A stretch of DNA of 64,000 nt. Source: Rhynchobatus australiae. Its lineage: Eukaryota. The DNA lies in contig JAUZTB010000068.1 of the NCBI GenBank assembly GCA_034780895.1, positions 14,235,140 to 14,299,139 of the forward strand, in the 5' to 3' direction. The position numbers and the translations under genes were made by a program. Shown here piece after piece: positions 33,035-46,335 of this stretch. Positions within the stretch are counted from its first letter, which is position 1. Each line of letters begins with the position of its first letter. The notes beneath the pieces were generated by a model, which saw only the letters and a program-made list of their open reading frames with translations, made no database searches and was not told where the DNA came from.

Positions 33035-33725
33035 TAATAATAAATCTCATTTCAGGACTAAAGAGGTTAAATTTTGAGGACAGGTTGTATGGATAAGGTA
33101 TGTACTGCAGAGACACAAGAGACTGTAGATGCTGGAATCTGGAGCAACAATATCTACTGAAGGAACTCAATAGGTCAAGCAGCATCTGTGGGGGAGAAAG
33201 AATTGTCAAATTTTCTGGTTGAACCTTGCATCAGGAGGCCTTGAAGACATATGAGACTGCAGATGCTGGAATCTGGAGCAATAAACAATCTGTTGGAGGA
33301 ACTCAGTGGGTTGAAGAACATCTTGAACTTCTGAGTTCCTCAAGACAGTACATACAATCTGCTGGAGTTTGGAAGATTAAAGTGTGATCCTTTAAGATCA
33401 CAGATCACAGATCAAAGATGATTAAAGGGTATATAGGAAGAAATTATTCCATTTGGTCAGGAAGTTCTTTAAAATTAGAACCAGGTCATCCATGAAGAAT
33501 AAATTCATATAGACGGGGGGAAATCTGTGACTCTCTCCCCAAGGACAGATGTAGAGTCTGGGTTGTAGAAGAGGAAGATTCAACTGAAGATTTCAAAACT
33601 GAGATTGACAGATTTTTGTTGAGCAAACTTTATGGAACCAAGACAGGTATCTGCTGTTCAGATGCAGCCATGAATGGTGGCATAGACTCAAGGAACAGAA
33701 TGGCCTCTTTCTGTTGTTGATTTAT
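33035..33725 (+). mobile_element. Decayed CR1 3' fragment interrupted by two arms of the palindromic repeat (33110-33345)
   Basis: ttcaggactaaagaggttaaattttgaggacaggttg..ctggagtttggaagattaaag..gactcaaggaacagaatggcct. Inserted gagactg(t/c)agatgctggaatctggagcaa occurs twice. Confidence 0.65.
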
Positions 33726-33897
33726 GAGTCATCCCTGATCACTTACAATCTACCACAGAAAGCCCGAACAACTCAAGTGGGAGAGATATGGATTTATATA
33801 GTGTTTATCAGAACTTCAGGAGATCACAATACGTTTAGCATATGAAAAAGACAGCTTATTCATGCACTGCAATGTCTCATTAATAGGAATAGCCCTC

Positions 33898-34148
33898 CTT
33901 AGCCAGAGGATGGTGAATCTGTGGAATTCATTGCCACAGATGGCAGTGGAGGCCAAGTCATTGGGTATATTTAAAGCAGAAGTTGATAGGTTCTTGACTA
34001 GTAAAGGTGTCGAAGGTTATGAGGACAAGGCAGGAGAATGGACTTGAGAGGGAAAATTAAATCAGCCTTGATTGAATGGTGGAGCAGACTCAATGGGCTG
34101 GATGACCTAATTCTGCTCCTATGTTTTATGGTCTTATGATCTTATGGA
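33898..34148 (+). mobile_element. Well-preserved CR1-type 3' end
   Basis: SQRMVNLWNSLPQ.AVEA.SL..FK.E.DRFL, then the tail gactcaatgggctggatgacctaattctgctcctatgttttatggtcttatg. Confidence 0.85.
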
Positions 34149-35152
34149 ATATGAGCCATTAATCTGTTTTAGTAATGTTGATTGGGCAATACATATAGGC
34201 CTGGAGAGTCCATTTTGAAAGGTGTAGTGGGAAACTTTATGTCTACCCAAGAAAGCAGATGGGATCCAAGTTTAATATATCATCAAAAAGGCAGCTTGTT
34301 TGACCCTGGGAAATGGCAATGTGAGCTCAGTACCTTCTGAGTCAGAACCAGTGAACAAACACTGATAATTCCACAAGCATCCTTCAATCCTTACAGGCCT
34401 CATTTTCCGGTCACCTTCCTACCCCAGGGTTCTGATAAGGCCCCCAGCTGTCAGCATCGTCAGGCCAGCTCCCCAATCCTGGCCCTGGTCCCGTATTTTC
34501 CTGAAGGAGTTCCACAGTAGGTGCAGAAACCTGTACTATGGTTCATCCTTGGATGCTACTGAATTTTGCAGTGGCAGGCTTCTTACTGATAGTCCTTGTG
34601 GGGCTGCACAACAATTCCCTAACTCTCTTTTAACACTGTCGTACTCCAGGATTCTACCATCAGAAGAAATGGGCTCTGTTCTTCTACCTCACCTATATTT
34701 TCAGTCCATTTATCCTATCAACTTTTTTAGTCACTATAAACATCTCAATTAGAGCATACTTAATCTTATAAATTAAAGTACCCCCATTGCATGTTATCCC
34801 TGAGTGTAGGTAAGAGGCAAAAGTTGCAGGGCTACAGCAGAGGAGGCAAATGGGATTGATGGGACTGATCAGATGGGTTGAATGGTCACCTTCTGTGCTG
34901 TAGTAAGCAAGCAAAGCAATTACAAACCAAGTCGATGCAATCAATCTTTGTAATTTACTGCCTTTACCCAGAAACAGCTGATTTCCAACTCAGTTATCCC
35001 AGCCTATCGTTCTTATTATTTTGGGGTACAGAAGTAACCCATGTTTGTGCCTCTTTATGATCTAGAAAAGAGAAGGGGTAACCTTATAGAGGATTTTAAA
35101 GTTCTGAAAGATTTCAAAAGGATGGGTTTAAAGAAGACCCTTCCCCTTATAT

Positions 35153-35400
35153 GGGGGCAGCACGGTAGTGTAGCGGTTAGTGCGATGCTGGGGTAGCACT
35201 AGTGATCGGGGTTCAATTCCTGTCACTGTCTGTAAGGAGTTTGTACGTTTTCCCGTGTCTGCGTGGGTTTCCTCCGGGTGCTCCGGTTTCCTCCCGCATT
35301 CCCAAGGCGTACGGGTAGGTTAATATGGGTTTAAATTGGGCGGCGTGGAGTCATTGGGCCGAAAGGGCCTGTTACCACGCTGTAAATAAATTAAATAAAT
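35153..35400 (+). mobile_element. Full-length young V-SINE (HE1-like, tRNA head) with CR1-type tail
   Basis: Head gggcagcacggtagtgtagcggttag (A box) and ggttcaattcc (B box). V-domain tgcgtgggtttcctccgggtgctccggtttcctccc. Tail tgggccgaaagggcctgttacc..(aaat)n. CpGs retained. Confidence 0.92.
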
Positions 35401-35514
35401 AAATAGAATGATAAACTAAATAAAATAAAGAAAGAAAGAAAATTATAGGAAAGAGCTAAACATAAGATAGTCACTAATAATTCAACAGCAAATTCAGGAG
35501 AAAGTTTTTTCTTG

Positions 35515-35762
35515 AAAACTTTATTTATACAGCACGGTAACAGGTCCTTCTGGCCCAATGAGCCCGTGCTGCCCAATTACATCCATGTTAACCCACTAAC
35601 CTGTACATCTTTGGAATGTGGGAGGAAACCGGAGCACCCGGAGGAAACCCACGCAGTCATGGAGAGAATGTACAAACTCCTTACAGATAGCGGCGGGAAC
35701 TGAAAAACGATCACTGGCGCTGTAATAGCGTCACGCTAACCGCTACTCCACCATGCCGCCCT
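35515..35762 (-). mobile_element. Full-length young V-SINE, opposite orientation
   Basis: Reverse complement gggcggcatggtggagtagcggttagcgtgacgctattacagcgccag..gagtttgtacattctc..tgggtttcctccgggtgctccggtttcctccc..tgggccagaaggacctgttacc. Confidence 0.92.
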
Positions 35763-37109
35763 CTTATTCAAAGAATGATAAACATGAAGAGCTCACCATA
35801 ACACAGAGTGGCTGAGGTGAATAGCATAATGCGTGTAACAAAGAACTAGTTAATCCATGAAGAAGAAATATAGATATATGCCACTAGGGTGAATTGAAGT
35901 TGGTGATCATGATCACCAACATAGACCAACAGGAATGAATGACCTTTCTCAATGGTGTTCACTCCGATTTTATAAATTTGGCCAAATGTTGCCGACCCTA
36001 TTGGATTCTGTGTCATCATTTGTTTTGACTGTGGAAAAGTTGGCTGTTCAGACAATGAAATTAATAATTAATGGGTATTTTAATGACATTCCTGTATAAA
36101 CTTACCAAAACATCGATAAATAAAGCAGATGTTTCATGTCTTAAACTCCACCTTTGACATTTATTACTAAATGCTAAACCTAATTGATATCAAGATACAG
36201 TGGGGGGCTGCTGGTTAGTAAGAGGACATATGCATGATCAGTCTCAAGGATTAACATTAGCATTGTAGACTAAACAAATTTCACTTATGCAACTTCATGA
36301 AAGCCAATTTTTATCAACTTCTGCTTAATTTAGTTCTTGAGGTTTTTTTCAATGTTAATAAAGGAATGCCATTAAAATACTCACTGTTGAGAGCACAGTG
36401 ATATTTATTTTATCTACGGAGACAAGGTAGAAATAAAAAGTGTTAATTTTGCTTAACAAAGATTGGTGTATATGACCAAGCTGGGGGCAAAATCTAGTCA
36501 GGCTTGGTGTTGTTCAGTAGGCCTCGGTTTGCCTTCTTTTCCTTTCTATTTATTTTTCTTACCTTCTCAAGACATAATTTGGACATAGAGACGATATTTC
36601 TATTTCTAGGGGCAAAAGTATAACATAATCAGTGATCGTGAAGTCAGGGGAAATTGCTTAGTCCAGAGGGCAGTAAGAATGTTGAACAGGAATCAATTTG
36701 CAGAGATGTGTTTAAGGGGATGGTGGCATGAGAAAGAGAGTGAGAAAGGGAGAGGCACATTGGTGGGATGAGATGAAGATGTAAAGGAAGAGGTTCTTTG
36801 CATCATACGCACCAGCACAGATCAACTGGACGAAATGATAGTTTCTATCTAATACCAGATTGTATGTCAACTGAGGATCGAGACCTGCCGAGATCAAAGA
36901 TTAGGACTTATTGTCTAGTTTGGAAAACTGTAATACCTATGTTTGAAGCTTATCACTGGGACTTATTACCATTGCAAGTGATCAAAGAACAAGAGACTGT
37001 CCACTAGCATTGAGGAGTAGGAGCAGGAATGAAGAAAGCCATGGTGTGGCAGCCCCAGGAATGAGAATAGGCATAACAAATGTGGCATCCTCAAGTTTCT
37101 GCCCCTGCC

Positions 37110-37605
37110 ATAACTCAGCAGCTAATGAAATCCTCATCTGTGCCTTTGACACCTCCAGACACAAGCCCAAGGCCTGGCCAGCCTCCCTCCCTGCAGCCTC
37201 CCTAAACTCCTCATCTAAAAATACTGTCCCGAGCCTAACTCATCACTGACCTTTTACCCACAACCCCTTCGTACTTGGCTCCCATTTCAACAAAGTCTTG
37301 ATTTAAAATTTCTTCAAATCCCTTTGCAATGTCACCTCTCTTTTTGGAAATGTTGTCCAGTCCTACAACCCCTTTTCATTGGTCTACATAATTTGTGGCC
37401 TCTTATGCATGCACATGCTTTCAGCTGCCTGGGGTCTTGGCTCTGCAACTCTGTCCCTAATCCACCCTGTCTCTTTCTTCTCCCCCTAGATGTTTCTGAA
37501 AATGCACCTCTTTGCCCAAGCTTTTGGTTTACTGTCCTAATATCATCTTACGTTGTTTTATGTTAAATTTTATTTGAATGTATGACCGTAAAGTCCCTTT
37601 GTGAT
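37110..37605 (+). mobile_element. Decayed L2-clade LINE 3' fragment
   Basis: AANEILICAFDTSR motif, then ttgatttaaaatt.., tttcagctgcctggg..ctctgcaactc..ccaagcttttggtt. Confidence 0.6.
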
Positions 37606-38364
37606 CATAAAAGCTAACAGTAACTAGTTAAGATAAAAATGTCTCTAAACTCTACTGTAATTATGTGTGTTGTAATTCCTACTGAATGTAGCAGACCATG
37701 CTGAACAGAAATATGCATTAATGTAAAGCTGATTGTGCTGATACAACGTGTTAGAAATGATATAATTTAGTAAGGGACAATTTTACTCTGATCAGGAATT
37801 CCACACAGCTGCAGAAATGGGAATGGATTAGATCTAGAGAACTTTATGGAATGGAATGAATGGGAAAGCTTTCATCCTTTGGAATTCAGGAATATCTTTG
37901 CAATTACAATTTAAGCCACTCAATACCATCCAGTTCAAAGCAGTCTGCTGGATTGTTAGCCCCATCCACCGTCTTAAACATTTACTGGCTGCACCACTGA
38001 AGGTGTATAATAATGGCTCACAAAGACTTCTTCCACAGTACATTTCAAACCCATAGCCTCTGCTTACTCAGAAGTATGCACTGGGGAAAAAAACTAAGTC
38101 ACACACTATTCTTACTTTACAAGGATTATTCCTTCCTTGTCACCAGATCATAATCGTGGAACTAACTAATCCTGGTACTCAAAGCAGATATTAGATAGTT
38201 AGCTGTTGCAAACAGATTTCCCTCACATTTTCATAACTTCGAGTCCTACAAAGGTGATCATGTTCTGATGGCTCCATTTATGATGGAATGATTTCATGTT
38301 CAATCGTTTGTCAACAGGCATTCTGCCTATCAATCTAACTCTGTTAATTTCAATTTGTTTTTAT

Positions 38365-38705
38365 GTTCTTCTATGGCATTGTTGGTAAGGCCAGCATTTA
38401 TTACCCACTTCCGGTTGCATTTGAGGAGTTGCTGGTGAGCTGCCTTCTTGAACTGCAGGAGTTTATCCAGTTAAGTTACCCCTGCAGTGCACTGAGCTAG
38501 AGATTTCCAGGACTTTGAGCCAGCGGTGATGAAGGAACAGCCAATATATTTTGAAGAGGGATGTGATGTGACTTGGTCGGGAAATTGCAGACTACAGTGC
38601 TCCCAAGTTCCTGCTGCCCTTACGTTTCTGGGTGGTAAAAGTTGTGAGGTGCTACGAAAGAAGCCTTGGCAAACAGGTGCACTGACTTTGTTCATAGCGC
38701 ACACT
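38365..38705 (-). mobile_element. LINE 3'-end fragment (probably a second CR1-like family)
   Basis: aaggccagcatttattaccca..tggtgagctgccttcttgaactgcag..tttccaggactttgagccagc..tgaaggaac. A related arm occurs at 61050-61110 and an opposite-orientation copy at about 37930-38170. Confidence 0.5.
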
Positions 38706-38842
38706 GCGGTTAAGGTGCATTATTAAAAGGACCCAACAATAACAAAATTGCAATCTTAAACCAGACACCAATACTTCAAACTCTTATGCATGAATCAGGA
38801 GCAGGAGACCCACCTTTGTGCCTGCTCTGACATTGAATAAGA

Positions 38843-38950
38843 TAAGATTTCTTTATTAGTCACATGTACATCAAAACACACAGTGAAATGCATCTTTGTG
38901 TAAAATATTCTGGGGGCAGCCCGCAAGTGTCACCACGTTTCCAGTGCCAA
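38843..38950 (-). mobile_element. 5'-truncated V-SINE tail (Rex1-like tail subfamily)
   Basis: Near-identical to 16589-16695: aagatttctttattagtcacatgtacatcaaaacacacagtgaaatgcatc..gggcagcccgcaagtgtcac. Confidence 0.8.
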
Positions 38951-40611
38951 TCTCACGGCTGATGTGACTGCAACCCCAATTCCACATTTCTGTTTACCTG
39001 CTGTAGCCTTTCAACTTACCTTTCCATTGTCTATCTACCTCCGGCTTAAAACAAATACTAAAAGATCCATCACCCTTTGAGGCAGGGAGTATCAAAGACA
39101 CATTAACCTCCGAGCTGTTTGTGCCAAGCTACATCTGCTGGGAGCACAGTTCAGGAATTCAGGTACTGCTGAAATCCAGGCAGGTTAAGATTTTCCATCC
39201 CACTTTGCCCCATCATTTCTTATACCCTTTCCCATTCCTTGCTTCCTTTCTTCTACTTCTCCTCTCATTAGGTAAGGACCCGTACTTCACACGGAGTTGA
39301 GGTCACAGTCAGATTTGCCAAGATCTTATTGAATAGTGGAGCAGGCTCAGGAGCTAAGTGGCTTAATCCTGCTCTTCATTTGTCTGTTCTTTCAACCTGT
39401 CTCTGTTGTTTGCTCCCTTCTTCCACCAACTCCTTCAGTCTTTGCTTTTCTTTATATTACAAAGGGCTTTGAGATGATATGGGGCCCACTGTCCATTTCT
39501 CCCTCCGCTGCCTCCCATGCCTCTTGAGAAAAATTAATCGCTTGTAACCCAAACCTATAAGACCTCTGTGAGGCCAACACTTATCCAATGGCTTTCAAAC
39601 CCCTAAGGAATACTTTCAAGAAGTTTGGCGCTGATACAAAAAAACAAATTTTGAAATTTAAATCAAGGCAAGATTATTAGATAAAAAAAGACAGAAAAAA
39701 TAGAACTTTACTCAGATTTTTAAACTGATATCTGCAAAGAATAAGTTTTAGCATTTACTGTGTTCATTTATAACATTACAACATAATGCAACATAATATT
39801 ATCAGCATCTTCAATGTTATAACATTGTAATTTTGGCTGTCAAGTGATTAAGAAAATTAACTTGATTAATCATACAATTATAAATAAAATTAATTGTGAG
39901 CTAATTGGGGCTTTACTCACATTGTCTTCTTCTTAGGCAGTCCCTCAGGATCGAGGGAGACTTGCTTTCACTTGTGGGTTCTTGAGGTGACTGATGAGGC
40001 CAGTGTGGGAACCGCAGACTCACACCAGATGGGGAATGAGGTGCCTGCCTGGGTGGTTGGGGGTATGGTTTGGGAGAGGTGTGCTAATTCCACTATTTTC
40101 AATGCACTTCCAAATGTTCCCAACAAAGAGACTTGACGATGTCAGCACTAATTCCCCTTCTCTTTTTTGAGCAGTCATGGGATTCCCAGGAGCCCCCCAA
40201 TCCTGTACATCTCTCTTGCTCCCTCCCCTTCCCCCACCACCATCGCGTTCTCTCTGCCCTGACCCCCGACCTTCTCCATCTCTACTTCTGCCACTCTCTC
40301 TACTTTCCCCTTCCCCCACTGCGGTGCCCAGAAGCTGAGGCCGTCACCTGTTGTCTTGGATGCCACAGGTAGGCTGTGAACTTCTCCGCTCATGTTGCAG
40401 CAGCTGGAGTGGGAGGGGTGGTGGGGGTTCCTGGTCCTGGCAGCCAGTCTGGTGCAGGGGGACAACTGTGAGACAGGGGCTGCACACTGGCATGGTTACC
40501 TAATCATCATCTCAGTGTCTTATCTCACAACCAAAAGCCCAGAAAGTTTAAATAAAGCCCTTCCCACGTGTGCTGAACCTGTCATATTTATTTAAACTGG
40601 GTTATCTCTGG

Positions 40612-41045
40612 AAGGAGACACAAGAGACTACAGATGCTGGAATCTGGAGCAATAAACAAGCTACTGNNNNNNNNNNNNNNNNNNNNNNNNNNNNNNNNNN
40701 NNNNNNNNNNNNNNNNNNNNNNNNNNNNNNNNNNNNNNNNNNNNNNNNNNNNNNNNNNNNNNNNNNTGGAGGAACTCAGCAAGTCAGGCAGCATCTGTGG
40801 AGGGAAATGGACCCTGGACCCGGACCCTGACCCTAACCCGAGCTCTCCCCACATGGGTCTATCAGCCAATCAACCCCTCCCCACTTGCTTCTACCAATCG
40901 CTTGCCAATTCTTGCTTCACCCCTTCCCCTCACCTCTTTATAATGGCTATCTCCCGCTACTCCAGATGAAAGGTCTCAACCCGAAACATCGACTGTCTAT
41001 TTCCCTCCACAGATGCTGCCTGACCTGCTGAGTTCCTCCAGCTGG
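40612..41045. repeat. Palindromic repeat family copy with C-rich internal segment
   Basis: gagacacaagagactacagatgctggaatctggagca..ggaactcagcaagtcaggcagcatctgtgg ... ccacagatgctgcctgacctgctgagttcctccagc. Confidence 0.8.
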
Positions 41046-41284
41046 TCTTTTTTTTTGCTATCTGGAAGGACCGTTTTGGGTGGAAGAGCTTCAGGTGAGA
41101 GAGAATTCAGCCTCCAGAGCAGGTAAGACATTTAATCTTTTCTGCCACCAACCTCCAGCCACTGAGATCCTGCAACCAGAAACAGGGTTTGCCAAACTTG
41201 ATTTCCATTCACTGTAGGGGCCACACTTAAATGGAGATCATTGGGGAGATGCAGTGTGTACAATGACATAGCAATGATATATGC

Positions 41285-42190
41285 AGAATCAGAATCAGAA
41301 TCAGGTTTATTATCACTGACACATGTTGTGAAATTTGTTGTTTTGAGGCAGCAGTACAGTGCAAGACATAAAAATTACAATAAGTTACAAAAGTAAATAA
41401 AAATTACAAAAGAGAAATAATGGGGTAATGTTCATAGGTTTGTGAACCATCCAGAAATCTGATGGTGGAGGGGAAGAAGTTACTCCTAAATCATTGAGTG
41501 TGGATCTTCAGGCTCCTGTACCTCCTCCCCAATGGTAGTAGCACAAAGAGGGGATGTCCCGGATGGTAAGGGTCCTTAATGATGGATGCCGCCTTCTTGA
41601 GGCACTGCCTCTTGAAGATGCCCTCGATGACGGGGAGGGTTGTGCCCGTGATGGAGCTGGCTAAAACCCTCTGCAGCCTCTTTCAATCCTGTGCATTGGA
41701 GCCTTCATAACAGGTGGTGATGCAACCAGTCAGAATGCTCTCCAATATACATCAGTAGAAATTTTCAAGAGTCTTTGGTGACATATCAAATCTCCCCAAA
41801 CTCCTAATGAAAGTAGAGCCACTGGCGTACCTTCTTCATGATTGCATCAATGCGTTGGACCCAAGGTAGATCCTCTGAGATGCTGACGCCCAGGAACTTG
41901 AAGCTGCTCACCCTTTCCACCGCTGACCCCTCGGTGTCTATTCTCCCAACTTCCCCTTCCTGAAGTCCACAATCAATTCCTTGGTCTTCCTGGCATTGAG
42001 TGTGAGNNNNNNNNNNNNNNNNNNNNNNNNNNNNNNNNNNNNNNNNNNNNNNNNNNNNNNNNNNNNNNNNNNNNNNNNNNNNNNNNNNNNNNNNNNNNNN
42101 NNNNNNTTGGTCTTCCTGGCATTGAGTGTGAGGTCGTTGTTGTGACACGACTCAACCAGCCAATCTATCTCACTCCTGTACTCCTGTATG
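41285..42190 (-). mobile_element. Rex1/Babar-type LINE, 5'-truncated, with (GATTCT)n tail
   Basis: EYRSEIDWLV..CHNNDL.LN..KTKELIVDFRK and VERVSSFKFLGV.ISEDL.W. Tail agaatcagaatcagaatcagg. Confidence 0.9.
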
Positions 42191-42551
42191 CAGGGGTAAA
42201 TATTAAATATTTTGGTAAACACAAACAGATTAAATGTTAGAATTTACTGAAAATTCATTGGGTGGTCAGGTAGGAAGGCTGCAGGCATTCAGATGAAATC
42301 TATGCTTCCATTTTTTTTATCAGGGGAGCTTTCAAGATCAGAACAACTAGATGGGGAGCTATGGGGGACCAGAGCAGTCAAGTGTGTGGCCAGTCCTAGG
42401 GACTAGGACATGAACCCTGCCTGCAGCTGGGCTTGGGAGCTGGACACTGGACCACAGCCAGGAGTGTGGGCAGGTAGGGGTGAGAAGCCAGGAGGGAGAC
42501 GTTGAGCCTGAGCCCACATGTGTGTGCCTATGCAAGGGAGTGTGAACGTCG

Positions 42552-43142
42552 AGTCACGGAGAAATACAGCACAGAGACAGGCCCTTCAGCCCAACTCGTC
42601 TATGTCAAGAAGATTCCCATCTAAACTAGTCCCATTTGCCCACGTTTGGCCCATATCTCTCTAAACCTTTCCTATCCATGTACCTGTCCAAGTGGCTTTT
42701 ACATGTGGTTACTGTACCTACCGTAACCATTGCCTCTGGCAGCTTGTTCCATACACACACCACCCTCTGTGTGAAGAAGTTGTCCCTCAGGTCCCTTGTA
42801 GATCTTTCCCCTCTCACCTGAAACCTATACCCCCTAGTTTTTGATTCCCTTTCCCTGGTGTACGTTCACCCTATCCATGCCCCTCATTACTTTATACACT
42901 TTTGTAAGGTCACCCCTCAATCTCCTATGTTCCAAGGAATAAAGTCCTAGCCTGTCCAACCTCTGCCTATAACTCAGGCCTTGGAGTCCTGGCAACATTC
43001 TGGCAAATCTTCTGTGCACTCTTTCCAGCTTATTGACATCTTTCCTATAACAAAGTAACCAAAACTGTTCACAATACTCCCTCACCTTGTACACCTTGTA
43101 CAACTGCAACATAACTTCCCATCTCCTATACTCTGTGCCCTG
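42552..43142 (-). mobile_element. CR1-clade LINE 3' fragment, fairly young
   Basis: EYCEQFW..CYRKDV.KLERV.RRF.RMLPGL..LSY..RL.RLGLYSLE.RRLRGDL, and NFFTQRVV.VWN.LP. Confidence 0.9.
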
Positions 43143-43318
43143 AGACACAGTGGATATGATCTTCACTGTGTGATAACTCCAAGAAAAATGCAGGAAGCAG
43201 GACCTCTATAAATGGTCTTTTTCAAACTAACCAAGGCTTTGACTCCCCTAATTGGAAAGGACAGTTGAACACAATCCTCAAATTCAGCTGCCCACAGAAA
43301 TTCATCACCATCTGAACG
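43143..43318 (+). mobile_element. RTE-clade LINE RT fragment
   Basis: acagtggatatgatcttcactg..ccaagaaaaatgcagg..ctctataaatggtc..accaaggctttgac, equivalent to T.DMIF....QEKCR....LY..F..L.KAFD. Confidence 0.7.
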
Positions 43319-44119
43319 TCATTTTGGAGTGGCTTTTTCCTCAAAGCTTTCAAACAATAGTAGGTGAGCTCAGACCTGTGTTATGCTCCTCCTGTGCAAT
43401 GTAGGAACTCAGGGAGGCTGCCAGGGTCCCTGATGACTCTGTGTGTCCAGCTGTGGCTCCTGACAGACTGTGTGATGGCACTGGAGCTGTGCATGGATTC
43501 ATTTTGGAGCATCCATGATGCTGAGAATAGTGTGGAAAACATGTTTAGTGAGTTGGTCACATTGCAGTTACCTAAACCTCAGTCCCCAAATGAACTGTAT
43601 GCTTGGATGCTCAGTTCCAAACTGCCATTGACATTTTTACGGAAGCATATGAAAGGATGGGCCTTATCCCATCCGAGAGGATGGGTGAAATGATCTGTAT
43701 GGATGGTATGCAAAACAGTTTTTCACTGTACCTTGGTACATGTGACAATAATAAACCAACTATCAATCCTTAACAGCTGCAAGACAAACTCCTCAACCTT
43801 CCTGCTCCTGTTTTTTTTATATTTATTTCAAATATATATATGTTATTCATAAAATAAAAATGTGCATGATATACAAATAACCCAGTACATGGCTTTCTTT
43901 ACATTCATATCAGTCTATACATTCATGGTGTCATTGGTTCTATACATTGGTAGTGTTAGCACATTCTGTGTACAGAGCACCATTGCCACTTATGTGGCCT
44001 CCTGGGATGATACAGACTTTCAAGTATTTTAAAGGCTTCTACATGAGGTTTAGACCCTCTAGTACAACCTGTCCTGTTGCACCATGCTGGCCTCAGCCAA
44101 TAAAGGTTCATGACTAAAC

Positions 44120-44880
44120 CCTGAAAACAATAGACAGCAGACATCAGTGATGAAATTCACCCTGTCTTCAGTGTTGACAGTCTTTGGTCAACTGAAGGAA
44201 AGTTTACTCGTAGATTAAGACCTCAGATACAGCATAAGATTTATGGGGCAGCAGTGATTCCTGCCCTCCTATATGCTCCTGAGACCTGGATTAGCTACAG
44301 CAGGTATCTCAAAGTGATGGGAAAGTACCACCAGTACAGTCTCCTCAAAATCCTCCAAATTCACCGGGAGGACCAGCAAACTAATGTTGGTGTTCTCTCC
44401 CATGCCTATATTCACAATATTGAGACCCTTGTTACACTATGTCAGTTAAATTGGGTAGGCCATGTCATTTGCATGTGTGACACCAGACTTCTGAAGCAGA
44501 CACTCTATTCCAAGCTCCATCTCAAGAAAAGATTACCAGGCAGGCAGAGGAAAAGATTCAAGGATGTGTCCAGAGCATTGAAGCAGCGTAACATTCCCAG
44601 TGACTCCTGGGAATATCTGGTCAATGACCAGTTAAAGTAGAAAAGGAGCTTCTGGGATGGTATTGGGAAGCTGAAGACCGTGCATCTGTGGTACATATAG
44701 GCCCTGCATAAGTGGCAGAAGGAATGCACCACACCACAGACTATCCAGCCACCTGCCCATCAACCATCACCTGCTCCATGTGTGGAGGAGTCAGCAGTTC
44801 CCATTAGCCACTTCAGAAGCCACAAAATTCGAGTGGAATTAAGTTATCTTTGACCCCAAGGGACTGAATAGGAGGAGAAA
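44120..44880 (+). mobile_element. RTE-clade LINE C-terminal fragment
   Basis: ORF 44254-44640: IPALLYAPETW..HQ..L.KILQI....TN..VL..QLNWVGHV..M.DTRL.KQ.LYS.L...R..G.QRKRFKD. Confidence 0.85.
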
Positions 44881-46002
44881 TAGGGGAACTGAAGTGTTAA
44901 TCAACTTTACAAGTTGGGAATGAAGATGCAAATGCTGGTCAGGAAGACAGGATGGTACATGAGAGGTGCCTCATAGGATAGGTACAAGACACTTGCACCA
45001 CCTAGAAAGTATGGCTAGGGCTATCATTCAAAATAGACCATTTTGATTATGCAACTACTTACACAGCTTCCTTGACCACTTGGATTGGTGTTATGTTAAT
45101 ATTTCTTCCTACACTTGAGAAAACTTCCACAGTGCATGATGCTACTTTCTACCCAAAAGGGCTCACTAAAGTTTTGATGATTTTCTTAATCCTTTGTGTT
45201 CTATTTCTCATCATCTTGTGATGAAATGCTGCCTTTCTTCATACAGCATCTACTCTCCCATTAATCCCTACTGTTGCCCTCGTGGCTAATTTTCTAGTGC
45301 AATAGTACACAGGAAGAGAAGAAGGCCATTCAGCCCTTCATATCCCTTCAGTTAAGTTATGGCTGATGCACATCTGAACTCTATTTCCTTTTCTTGGCTC
45401 CATTTACTTTGAAATCCTTACCCAATAAAAGCCAATATATCTTTTGATTTCCTACCATCTATATCTGCTCTATAATTTTCAGCACCTCAGTCAAGTCACC
45501 CTTCAACCTTCTCCATCTGAAGGACTACAAAACATATGTTTCTTGTCCTCATAATTTAACCTTCCAACTTCAGTACTCAAGACCCAAACCTCTCTCAATG
45601 GCTGAGCCAAGGAGGCCCAGAAGGTACTAAATTTTACCTTGAAATATCTCACTCCAAATCATGAACACACCAATGACTTCTTGCTGTTGAGGGATTGTGC
45701 AGACTACAGCAGAACTGGGTTGTCTCGAAGGAACCACAATCAGATTTGTATTTGTTATATTGGCTGAAATTAATGCTGCACACATCAAGAGGGAGGAACT
45801 GATTTGCAGAGACAATCCTCTAGTTATGGCAGTGAACTACTGCCAGATGTCAGGTCCAGTACTGCTTTTGCCAGATTGTTTTGCTGAGTATTATTCAGCT
45901 CCACATCCTGCCCGGTCTCAGTAAGAAGTCCACAGGTGCAATTACTGGTTTGGGCCCAGATCACACGTGTCATACTGATGCTTAAAGTGAAACTGAGCAC
46001 AA

Positions 46003-46335
46003 CTGGCACGGTGGTTCTGCAGGTAGTGCAGCTGTCTCACAGCTTCATGAACCTGGGTTCCACCCTGAGCTCTGCTGCTCTCTGTTTGGAGTTTGTTTGT
46101 TCAACTTGCGCCTCTCTGGTTCCCCCCAAATGCTCTGCTTTCCTCTCACATCCCAAAGGCATGATGGTTATTAGGTTAATTGCCTCTAGTGCTGGTGATA
46201 GAATCGGGCAGAGGGTGGTGTTAATGGGCATGTCTGAGAGAATAGGTTACAAGGAAATAAGTGGAGGAATGGGATTGACTGAATTGCTCTGAGCGCCCAT
46301 ATAGACCCAAAGTACTGAATGCCTCCTGTCATGTC
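46003..46335 (+). mobile_element. Old V-SINE copy
   Basis: ggcacggtggttctgcaggtagtgcagctgtctcacagc..cctgggttc..ggagtttgt..ctctgctttcctctcacatcccaaag. Confidence 0.65.

Noticed and set aside
30087-33209. Long ORFs in the track around 30.1-31.1 kb and 32.6-33.2 kb (also 4.2-4.7 kb and 57.1-57.8 kb)
   Set aside because: They are open only because they run through N gaps.
35153-35225. tRNA gene
   Set aside because: The A/B boxes belong to a SINE head followed by the V-domain and a LINE-derived tail. No complete cloverleaf.
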